A DNA stretch of 64,000 nucleotides. It comes from Mantamonas sphyraenae STR306. Taxonomy: Eukaryota > Protista > CRuMs. The position numbers and the translations under genes are program-made. The stretch lies in contig JAPMXV010000050.1 of the NCBI GenBank assembly GCA_026936335.1, forward strand, positions 62,001-126,000, read 5' to 3'. Within the stretch, counting starts at the first letter, position 1; every line of letters starts with the position of its first letter. Positions 48,501-59,182 of the stretch are shown here, piece after piece. The notes below the pieces were generated by a model. The model had not been told where the DNA came from and ran no database searches. It saw nothing but the letters and a program-made list of their open reading frames with translations.

Positions 48501-51500
48501 GCACACGATGCATGGGTGAGCTTGCGCTTGTTGGGGAATGGAGTGAGCATGTGGCGAAGAGCAGGGTGGAGGGCAGGAGCCAGGTTGGTGGAGACGAGTA
48601 CGCGGAGGTGGATGAGGAGGGTGGAGAGTGGGCATGGGAGGTAGAAAGGGTGGCGAGCGATGGGAAGAAGCGGCGAGGATGGCAGCTGAGCAAGATGGAA
48701 GTTGAGGGAGGAGGAGAAGAAAGCGGCCAAGGTGGGGAGAGTGGAGTTGGCCTTGGAAGCGATGGGCGTGCGGCCGTGCAGCGTCTGCGAGGCGATGTGC
48801 AGAAGGAACGATTTGAGATTCGACGTATGCGTGCGGTTTGGCAGAAGGAAAGGTCGGAGTCGGAGGCGATGCAGGCAAGTTTGGCGGAAGAACGGCAGAC
48901 GCTGGAGGCCCGTGTTGCAGAGCTTGAGAGTGAGCTGTCGGATGCACGAGCAGCGACGGAGAAGATGGCGACGGAGCTTGCGAAAGCACAGACGGCACAC
49001 GAAAGTGAGGTGAAGGAGCTTGAGGCGATGCATCAGCAGCAGATGGCGACGATGGAGGCGACGGATGGCGAGGAAGCAGCGGAGGCAGCGAAGAAGCATC
49101 GTGAAGAGATGGAACGGGTGCGAGAAGAACGACGGGCGGCGTTGAAGGAGTTGGAGCGCGTTGTTGCTGAATCGAAGGCAAAGGAGGAGGAGGCGAAGCG
49201 TGCAGCTGATGAGGCAGGAAAGGCAGCACGTGCGGCAGAAGCGCGTGCAGTGGAGGAAGCCGTGATGGCCGAGCAGGTTGCAGCGAAGGAAGCACGAGAA
49301 GCACTGGGAAGCGGAGAAGGCAGAAGAGCACAAGAAGGAAGTGGAAGGGATTTTGGCATCGTTGCAGAAGCTGCAGGCGCAGATGCACTCTTTGCAGAAG
49401 GATGCACAGGAGGCGCAGGAGCAGAACGACACGCTGCAAAGGTCGTTGGAGGAATATGAGGAGAGCATTGCTTTGTTGGAACAGGAGAAGGAGGTTGCGT
49501 TGAGGAAGGCGGAGGAGACGGGGCGACTGAGGGAGGAGGAGGCAGTGGCGGCTGTGAAGGAAGCGATGCGAGAAGAGCACATGGCGTATGTGTCGGATAT
49601 GGAGAGGAAGTCGGACGAGAAGGCGGAGATGGAACGTGTGGCAGCTGTGGAAGCAGCAGTGGCCAGGACGAAGGAGGAGATGGAAACACAGAGGACATTG
49701 GCGGTGGAGGAAGCTGTGAAGGAGGCCAAGAAGGAGATGGAAGAGCAGCATGCTGTCGCTGTTGAGGAAGCTGTGAAGGAGACCAAGAAGGAGATGGAAG
49801 AGCAGCATTCTGTCGCTGTTGAGGAAGCTGTGAAGGAGACCAAGAAGGAGATGGAAGAGCAGCATTCTGTCGCTGTTGAAGAAGCTGTAAAGGAGGCGAA
49901 GCAGCAGATGGAGGAGGAACATGCAGTGGCTGTTGAGGAAGCTGTGAAGGAGACCAAGAAGGAGATGGAAGATCAGCATGCTGTCGCTGTTGAAGAAGCT
50001 GTGAAGGAGACCAAGAAGGAGATGGAAGAGCAGCATTCTGTCGCTGTTGAGGAAGCTGTGAAGGAGGTGAAGCAGCAGATGGAGGAGGAACATGCAGCGG
50101 CCGTTGAAGAAGCAGTGAAGGAGGCGAAGAAGGAGATGGAGGAGCAGCGTTCTGTCGCTGTTGAGGTAGCTGTGAAGGAGGTGAAGCAGCAGATGGAGGA
50201 GGAACATGCAGCGGCCGTTGAAGAAGCAGTGAAGGAGACCAAGAAGGAGATGGAAGAGCAGCATTCTGTCGCTGTTGAGGAAGCTGTGAAGGAGACCAAG
50301 AAGGAGATGGAAGAGCAGCATTCTGTCGCTGTTGAAGAAGCTGTAAAGGAGGCGAAGCAGCAGATGGAGGAGGAACATGCAGCGGCTGTTGAGGAAGCTG
50401 TGAAGGAGACCAAGAAGGAGATGGAAGAGCAGCATGCTGTCGCTGTTGAAGAAGCTGTGAAGGAGACCAAGAAGGAGATGGATGAACAGCATTCAGCCGA
50501 GGTGACTGCGATGCAGGAGCAGATGGCGTCGTCGTGGGCAGAAGCCGAGCAAGAGGTGACGGAGCTGCGTGTGAAGAACACCGCTCTGGAGAAGGAAAGG
50601 GGGGAGTTGAAGGAAGCTTTGGCGAGGGTAGAGTCGAAGATGGACGACGTGGTCGCCGAGCGTACGGCGATGATTGCACGACAGGATGAAGAGAGGAATA
50701 AGCAGCGTGGAATTGTGAGACGGTTGGAGGAAGAGGCACAGGAGGAGCGGGTGGCGCAGAAGACCCGTGAGGAACAGCTGGAACAGGCGTTGAAGCAGGC
50801 TCGGGAGCGTGCGACGCGGTTGGTGGAGATTGAAGAAGCCGATGAACGACTGACAAAGGCGAACCAGGAGCTGCAGGACGAGGTGGAGGAACTGCGAGAG
50901 AAGAACGAGAAGTTGGAGAAGGAAGTTGCGGAAGATCGACGTCAGATGGAGTCGATGTACTCTGAAGCGGAAGGGAAGGTTCAAGCGCTGACGCAGGAGA
51001 TACAGGAAGAGCAAAGTGAGAGGGAACGGGCTGTGGAAGAAGTGCAGGTGGAACTGCGTGCAGTGCAACATCGTGTGGAAGTGCTTGAGGAGGAGAAGAG
51101 TGCACTGGAGAAGCAAGTTTCAGCGAAGGATGAGGAGAAGGAGGGTGTGACGAAGCAGCTGGCAGAGGTGACTGAAGAGAAGGAGGGTGTGACCAAGCAG
51201 CTGGCAGTGGTGACTGAGGAAAAGGACGGTATGGCCAAGCAGCTGGCAGAGGTGGCTGAGGAGAAGGTCACTGTGTCGAAGCAGCTGGCGGTGGTGACTG
51301 AAGAGAAGGAGTCTATGTCGCAGCAGCTGGCACAGGTCGCTGAGGAGAAGGAGGCTGTGTCGAAGCAGCTGGCAGATGTGACTGAGGAGAAGGAGGCTGT
51401 GACGAAGCAGCTGAAAGAGATTGCTGAGGAGAAGGACAGCGTCAGTGAGACTCTTGCAGCTGAGAAGCGTACTGTGGAAGCACTGCGGGAAGAACTTGCC

Positions 51501-54500
51501 TTGTCTGTGTCTGCACAGGACGAGTTGCGTCGTGAACGGGCTGATGAGATTGCGGCGATGGAGAAGCAACTGCAGGAAGTACGAGCGGAGGCGGATAGAC
51601 AGGTGGAGATGATCGCAGCGTTGGAAGAGGTTGCAAGGAACATGGATCCGCACGAGGAGAAAGAGTGCACACGATGCATGGGTGAGCTTGCGCTTGTTGG
51701 GGAATGGAGTGAGCATGTGGCGAAGAGCAAGGTAGAGAGCAGAAGCCAGGTTGGTGGAGACGAGTACGCGGAGGTGGATGAGGAGGGTGGAGAGTGGGCA
51801 TGGGAGGTAGAAAGGGTGGCGAGCGATGGGAAGAAGCGGCGAGGATGGCAGCTGAGCAAGATGGAAGTTGAGGGAGGAGGAGAAGAAAGCGGCCAAGGTG
51901 GGGAGAGTGGAGTTGGCCTTGGAAGCGATGGGCGTGCGGCCGTGCAGCGTCTGCGAGGCGATGTGCAGAAGGAACGGTTTGAGATTCGACGTATGCGTGC
52001 GGTTTGGCAGAAGGAAAGGTCGGAGTCGGAGGCGATGCAGGCAAGTTTGGCGGAAGAACGGCAGACGCTGGAGGCCCGTGTTGCAGAGCTTGAGAGTGAG
52101 CTGTCGGATGCACGAGCAGCGACGGAGAAGATGGCGACGGAGCTTGCGAAAGCACAGACGGCACACGAAAGTGAGGTGAAGGAGCTTGAGGCGATGCATC
52201 AGCAGCAGATGGCGACGATGGAGGCGACGGATGGCGAGGAAGCAGCGGAGGCAGCGAAGAAGCATCGTGAAGAGATGGAACGGGTGCGAGAAGAACGACG
52301 GGCGGCGTTGAAGGAGTTGGAGCGCGTTGTTGCTGAATCGAAGGCTAAGGAGGAGGAGGCGAAGCGTGCAGCTGATGAGGCAGGAAAGGCAGCACGTGTG
52401 GCAGAAGCGCGTGCAGTGGAGGAAGCCGTGATGGCCGAGCAGGTTGCAGCGAAGGAAGCACGAGAAGCACTGGAAGCGAAGAAGGCAGAAGAGCACAAGA
52501 AGGAAGTGGAAGGGATTTTGGCATCGTTGCAGAAGCTGCAGGCGCAGATGCACTCTTTGCAGAAGGATGCACAGGAGGCGCAGGAGCAGAACGACACGCT
52601 GCAAAGGTCGTTGGAGGAATATGAGGAGAGCATTGCTGTGTTGGAACAGGAGAAGGAGGTTGCGTTGAGGAAGGCGGAGGAGACGGGGCGACTGAGGGAG
52701 GAGGAGGCAGTGGCGGCTGTGAAGGAAGCGATGCGAGAAGAGCACATGGCGTATGTGTCGGATATGGAGAGGAAGTCGGAAGAGAAGGCGGAGATGGAAC
52801 GTGTGGCAGCTGTGGAAGCAGCAGTGGCCAGGACGAAGGAGGAGATGGAAGCACAGAGGGCATTGGAGGTGGAGAAAGCTGTGAAGGAGGTGAAGCAGCA
52901 GATGGAGGAGGAACATGCAGCGGCTGTTGAAGAAGCAGTGAAGGAGACCAAGAAGGAGATGGATGAACAGCATTCAGCCGAGGTGACGGCGATGCAGGAG
53001 CAGATGGCGTCGTCGTGGGCAGAAGCCGAGCAAGAGGTGACGGAGCTGCGTGTGAAGAACACCGCTCTGGAGAAGGAAAGGGGGGAGTTGAAGGAAGCTT
53101 TGGCGAGTGTAGAGTCGAAGATGGACGAAGTGGTCGTCGAACGTACGGCGATGATTGCACGACAGGATGAAGAGAGGAATAAGCAGCGTGGAATTGTGAG
53201 ACGGTTGGAGGAAGAGGCACAGGAGGAGCGGGTGGCGCAGAAGACCCGTGAGGAACAGCTGGAACAGGCGTTGAAGCAGGCTCGGGAGCGTGCGACGCGG
53301 TTGGTGGAGATTGAAGAAGCCGATGAACGACTGACAAAGGCGAACCAGGAGCTGCAGAACGAGGTGGAGGAACTGCGAGAGAAGAACGAGAAGTTGGAGA
53401 AGGAGTTGGCAGCGCAGCAAGAGATGATGGATGTGCTGCGACGCCGTCTGGATGGTGAAGGACGTGTGGGCAGGGAGGGATCGGATGCGGATGCAGAGGC
53501 GATTGCAAGTGCGTTGGCGGAGGCGAAGGAGGCTAAGCAGGCGCTGTCGAAGGCACTGTCGGAGAAGAAGATGCAGGAAGATGAAGTGTTGTCGCTCAGG
53601 GGCCAACTTGCGATGGCAGAGGAGATGTTGAATGGGGACGGAAGCGGCGGAGGAGGAGATGGAGGAGCAGCACTGCGTGTGGCGGAGCTGCAAGACAAGC
53701 TGGGCAACCTGGAGACGATGAAACGACAACTGGAAGAACGTGTGGCGGAGCTGGAGAGTGAGGGTGGTGTGAAGAGGACGATGGAGGAGACGCAGGCGGA
53801 AGCGTTGGATGCAGTGCAGCAGGAGCTTGCGGCGGTGCAGACACGATGCAACGAGCTGGAAGATGAGCGAGAGGCGGCGGAGAAGAGCATGGCGTCGCTT
53901 TCGGAGCAACTGCGTGTGTCGGAAGAGGAACGCAGGTCGATGACATCGCAACTGTTGTCACTGAGCAGTGTGGGGGTGGATGAGAGTGGGGATGGGGAGA
54001 GTGTGGGTGGAGAGAGCAGAGTGAGTGTGGCGGAGATGTCGCAGGCGTTTGAAGAGGCGGATATGGAGGTGCAGAAGATGAGGGGAGAAGTGCAGGAGAT
54101 GGCAGCAGAGGTGGAGAAGGCAAGAGAGGAGCGGGATGAGGCGTTGGCGCGTGTGGCGCGTGTGGAAGCTGGACGCAAGGAGGAGACAGAAGGCCTGATG
54201 GGACAGGTGGACGAGTTGCAACGTGCACTGGTGGTTGCCGAGCAGAAGGTTGGGCATGTGGACACGGAAGCAAGTGAAGGTGAAGTGGAGACACAACGGG
54301 TGAAGGAGCTGGAAGAGACTGTGCGGGAGCTTGCAGAGGAGAAGAAGCGTGCTGTGGAGGAAGCGCGAAGGTTTGAAGAGATGATGGCGACGGTGGTGCG
54401 TGCTCAGGAGGAAGTTGGAGACGAGGATGGGAGTGGGGAGAGTGGGAAAGAGAAGGATGGGGAGACGGAGACACGGGCAAGCACAGAACTGCAGGCACAG

Positions 54501-57500
54501 ATGGCGGAACTGTCGCGTCTGCTTCAAGGAAGGAGTGCACACATGGAGGCGATTGAGGCTGAGCGTGTGCGACTGGAGAAGGAGCTGGCAGCGCAGCAAG
54601 AGATGATGGATGTGCTGCGACGCCGTCTGGATGGTGAAGGACGTGTGGGCAGGGAGGGATCGGGTGCGGATGCAGAGGCGATTGCAAGTGCGTTGGCGGA
54701 GGCGAAGGAGGCTAAGCAGGCGCTGTCGAAGGCACTGTCGGAGAAGAAGATGCAGGAAGATGAAGTGTTGTCGCTCAGGGGCCAACTTGCGATGGCAGAG
54801 GAGATGTTGAATGGGGACGGAAGCGGCGGAGGAGGAGATGGAGGAGCAGCACTGCGTGTGGCGGAGCTGCAAGACAAGCTGGGCAATCTGGAGACGATGA
54901 AACGACAACTGGAAGAACGTGTGGCGGAGCTGGAGAGTGAGGGTAGTGTGAAGAGGACGATGGAGGAGACGCAGGCGGAAGCGTTGGATGCAGTGCAGCA
55001 GGAGCTTGCGGCGGTGCAGACACGATGCAACGAGCTGGAAGATGAGCGAGAGGCGGCGGAGAAGAGCATGGCGTCGCTTTCGGAGCAACTGCGTGTGTCG
55101 GAAGAGGAACGCAGGTCGATGACATCGCAACTGTTGTCACTGAGCAGTGTGGGGTGGATGAGAGTGGGGATGGGGAGAGTGTGGGTGGAGAGAGCAGAGT
55201 GAGTGTGGCGGAGATGTCGCAGGCGTTTGAAGAGGCGGATATGGAGGTGCAGAAGATGAGGGGAGAAGTGCAGGAGATGGCAGCAGAGGTGGAGAAGGCA
55301 AGAGAGGAGCGGGATGAGGCGTTGGCGCGTGTGGCGCGTGTGGAAGCTGGACGCAAGGAGGAGACAGAAGGCCTGATGGGACAGGTGGACGAGTTGCAAC
55401 GTGCACTGGTGGTTGCCGAGCAGCAGGTGGGCATGTGGACACGGAAGCAAGTGAAGGTGAAGTGGAGACACAACGGGTGAAGGAGCTGGAAGAGACTGTG
55501 CGGGAGCTTGCAGAGGAGAAGAAGCGTGCTGTGGAGGAAGCGCGAAGGTTTGAAGAGATGATGGCGACGGTGGTGCGTGCTCAGGAGGAAGTTGGAGACG
55601 AGGATGGGAGTGGGGAGAGTGGGAAAGAGAAGGATGGGGAGACGGAGACACGGGCAAGCACAGAACTGCAGGCACAGATGGCGGAACTGTCGCGTCTGCT
55701 TCAAGGAAGGAGTGCACACATGGAGGCGATTGAGGCTGAGCGTGTGCGACTGGAGAAGGAGCTGGCAGCGCAGCAAGAGATGAAGGATGTGCTGCGACGC
55801 CGTCTGGATGGTGAAGGACGTGTGGGCAGGGAGGGATCGGGTGCGGATGCGGATGCAGAGGCGATTGCAAGTGCGTTGGCGGAGGCGAAGGAGGCTAAGC
55901 AGGCGCTGTCGAAGGCACTGTCGGAGAAGAAGATGCAGGAAGATGAAGTGTTGTCGCTCAGGGGCCAACTTGCGATGGCAGAGGAGATGTTGAATGGGAC
56001 GGAAGCGGGCGGAGGAGGAGATGGAGGAGCAGCACTGCGTGTGGCGGAGCTGCAAGACAAGCTGGGCAACCTGGAGACGATGAAACGACAACTGGAAGAA
56101 CGTGTGGCGGAGCTGGAGAGTGAGGGTGGTGTGAAGAGGACGATGGAGGAGACGCAGGCGGAAGCGTTGGATGCAGTGCAGCAGGAGCTTGCGGCGGTGC
56201 AGACACGATGCAACGAGCTGGAAGATGAGCGAGAGGCGGCGGAGAAGAGCATGGCGTCGCTTTCGGAGCAACTGCGTGTGTCGGAAGAGGAACGCAGGTC
56301 GATGACATCGCAACTGTTGTCACTGAGCAGTGTGGGGGTGGATGAGAGTGGAGATGGGGAGAGTGTGGGTGGAGAGAGCAGAGTGAGTGTGGCGGAGATG
56401 TCGCAGGCGTTTGAAGAGGCGGATATGGAGGTGCAGAAGATGAGGGGAGAAGTGCAGGAGATGGCAGCAGAGGTGGAGAAGGCAAGAGAGGAGCGGGATG
56501 AGGCGTTGGCGCGTGTGGCGCGTGTGGAAGCTGGACGCAAGGAGGAGACAGAAGGCCTGATGGGACGAGTGGACGAGTTGCAACGTGCACTGGCTGCCAA
56601 AGAGAGCAGTGACAAGAATGTGGATCGATTGGCCCAGGAGGTGAAGAAATCCAAGCAGCAGTTGTCTATGGTAATGGCAGAGAAGATGAGGCAAGAGGAC
56701 GAATTGAGCACGCTGAGGCTCCAGCTGAAGTATGTCGAAGAAGCCGGGGGTGGCGGTGAATCCCTGCACGTGGGTGAACTTGAAGGCAAAGTGGCCAATC
56801 TGACGTCGCAGGTTGCGCTGGCGGAGATCACACGCAAGGAGTATGAAGAAATGGTGACGATTGCCAACCAGGCGGCAAAGGCTGCCGATGAAGATGCTGC
56901 GGAACTGAGACGTGAGCTGGCAGACGCCGAGTTGCGATGTCGTCAACTGGAGGAAGAACGAAGCATTTTGGCATCACAATTGTCGTTGGTGACGGGAAAT
57001 GATGAGGATGCCGACGTGCTGGAGATGGCGAGTGCAATTGTGATGGAGGTGGAGGAGCAACGCGTGGTTGTGGAGCGCATTGAAAGGGAGCACCTTGCAG
57101 GAGGTGAGGCGAGGGAGAACAAGGAGGAGGTGGAGAGGTTGCGTATGCAGGTGAAGGAGCTGGAGAATAGCTGCGCAAGGGCAGAGGAACATGTGCACAA
57201 GATGGAGATGGTGGACCAGACCCTGAGGAGTTCACTGGCAAGTCACGAAGATGCGGTGAGGGATCTGAGGGAACGTCTGCAGGAGCGAGACGAGGCATTG
57301 GCGGCGTTGCGAGAACTGGTGTCTGTGGAAACGACGCGAACCGTGGATGTGAAGATCGAGGAGTTTGACGTGGAAGGGGACGGTGGAGCAGAGTTGGTGA
57401 GCTCCCTGAAACTGCGGTTGGCATCGTTGACGATAGCAATGTCGGATCTGGAGCGACAGAACAAGTATCTGGACGAGGAGGTGGAGCGCACGAAGGAGCT

Positions 57501-57663
57501 GCACAGGCGAACGCTGGACATTGCAACAAGCCACATCGATGAGCTGGAACTGCGCTCTCAAAACCTGGAACAGTCGCTGGAACAGTCGCTCAACATGAAC
57601 GAGTCGCGATCGTCAGTGCTGGAGTGGTCAGAGTCTGTGCAGATCGAGGAGATTGACGAGTAG
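24538..57663 (+). CDS. Giant acidic coiled-coil repeat protein, ~10,950 aa, no signal peptide
   Basis: Exons 24538-24614, 24701-24774 and 24946-57663 (introns GTTTGT/CTCAC/CAG and GTGCGT/CTGAC/CAG, frame-consistent). ORFs 24744, 45020, 49278, 55154 and 55435 join through small indels near 45003 (+2), 49307 (+1), 55152 (-1) and 55428 (-1), each visible against sister repeat copies. Composition is dominated by E/K/A/Q. Confidence 0.85.
27036..29336 (+). repeat. ~51 tandem 45-bp units (15 aa: LEEEKDAEKKQALMK / LEEEKDAEQRKAVAA)
   Basis: GGAGGAGGAGAAG recurs every 45 nt (27038, 27083, ...); two unit types are interspersed. Confidence 0.95.
31980..35950 (+). repeat. Six 546-714 bp units with nested 42-bp (14 aa, KQLAEVTEEKEAVT) repeats
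   Basis: Marker ORFs at 32266, 32812, 33442, 34030, 34660 and 35374; spacings 546, 630, 588, 630, 714. Confidence 0.95.
35950..53400 (+). repeat. Six 2.6-3.6 kb higher-order units, each with a CxxC node, a 57-bp (19 aa) array and (except the truncated last) a 42-bp array
   Basis: Marker ORFs at 36388, 39037, 42223, 45114, 48702 and 51868; spacings 2649, 3186, 2891, 3588, 3166. Length differences come from copy number of the nested arrays. Confidence 0.95.
53395..56592 (+). repeat. ~2.7 tandem copies of a ~1.18 kb coding unit
   Basis: Marker ORFs at 53431, 54610 and 55787. Confidence 0.92.
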
Positions 57664-57709
57664 AAATAGTGCGATCTTGGAATGCGCTCAACCCGACAAA
57701 CAAAAACCG

Positions 57710-59017
57710 ATGAAGACCCAATTTGTGATCTTTGCACTGCTTGTGGCCGTTGTGGCTGCATCGTCGCTGCGTGTGCCGCTGAGCACCATGCAGGCGTCGG
57801 ACAAGTCGAAGGAGATGTTCATGAGCAAGCTGCGCATGCATCAAGAGCAGCTGCCGATTGTGGCAGCCATGAGCCAGGAGGCCCGTGTGGCCCGCTCTAT
57901 GCAGGGCGGCACGTGGCGCCAGAAGCTGATCAACTTTGAGGTGAGTGGAATGAGGAAAAGGGGCCGGGAGCAGCGGGAGGTGGGAGTACACGCGATTGGC
58001 CGTTTCGGCGTTTTTCGAGAAAGGCGCGTGTACTGACTCGTGTGGACTGTGCGGTGGGACGGCAATTGGGAATGGGGTGGACACTGAGTACAGGAGCTGC
58101 AGTACTACGGCCCGATCACGATCGGTGAGCCTGCGCAGTCGTTCAAGGTTGTGTTTGACACGGGCTCGTCCAACCTGTGGATTCCGTCGAAGAACTGCAC
58201 GGACGCAGCGTGCGAGGACCACCAGCGCTACGACCACAGCGCGAGCAACACGTACCAGGCCAACGGCACTGCTTTCAGCATCCAGTACGGCACGGGCTCC
58301 GTGGCAGGCTTCCTGTCGACGGACACTGTGACCGTGGCCGGCAGCGCTGCGATTGAGGCGCAGACGTTTGGCGAGGCGACGACGATGGCCTCGTTCTTCA
58401 CCAACACGGTGCCCGATGGAATTCTGGGTCTGGCGTTCCGCAGCATTGCGAACGACGACGTGGAGACTCCGTTTGACAACATGGTGAAGCAGGGTCTTGT
58501 GCAGAACGCCCAGTTTGGCGTGTACCTGTCGCCCACGAGCGGCGACTCGTCGTCGGAGATCCTCTTTGGCGGCGCCGACTCGAGCCTGTACTCGGGCGAC
58601 CTGCACCGCGTGCCTCTGACGCGCGAGCTGTACTGGCTGTTTGATCTGGATGGCGTGAACGCTGGTGGTGTGTCTCTGTGCGGCAGTGGCAGCCCCTGCC
58701 AGGCGATTGCCGACACCGGCACGTCGCTGATTGCGGGTCCGTCGGCTCAGGTGGCTCAGCTGCAGCAGCAGGTGAACGTGAGCTCGGACTGCTCCAACCT
58801 GGACTCTCTGCCCAACCTGACCTTCACCCTGGCCGGCAAGGACTTTGTGCTGACCCCGAACCAGTACGTGCTGAAGCTTCAGGGCCAGTGCATCACTGGC
58901 GTGCAGGGCATCGACCTGCCCGAGCCCCTGTGGATTCTGGGCGACGTCTTCCTCCGCGTGTACTACTCTGTGTACGACGCCCAGGACCAGAGCGTGTCGT
59001 TTGCCACCGCCAACTGA
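57710..59017 (+). CDS. Pepsin-family (A1) aspartic protease, cathepsin D/E-like preproenzyme, ~384 aa
   Basis: Exons 57710-57940 and 58094-59017. Signal peptide MKTQFVIFALLVAVVAA, pro-part LRVPL, QYYGPITIG, FDTGSSNLW, YGTGS, DGILGLAF, IADTGTSLI, WILGDVFLR. Confidence 0.96.
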
Positions 59018-59182
59018 GCGTTGAGCACTTTGTGAATGAAATGCACCAAGACACTCTGTACTGTTGGGCGTCAATCATCATCATCCATACACACGCTGCA
59101 TCACTGGCACCCACTCTTTCGCGATGGGCCAGCAAATCAAAAGAAACAACAACCCTCGGGAATCCCTCGCCGCGCTTCGCAA

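Noticed and set aside
26906-56946. Many long minus-strand S/F-, L/H- and P/S-rich ORFs
   Set aside because: Antisense shadows of the purine-rich E/K repeats, recurring with the repeat units.
8951-57663. Direct polycation-polyanion partnership between the basic polyprotein and the acidic giant
   Set aside because: One has a signal peptide and the other does not, so they are probably in different compartments; only proximity supports it.
57590-59074. 494-aa minus-strand ORF
   Set aside because: Antisense shadow of the aspartic protease gene.
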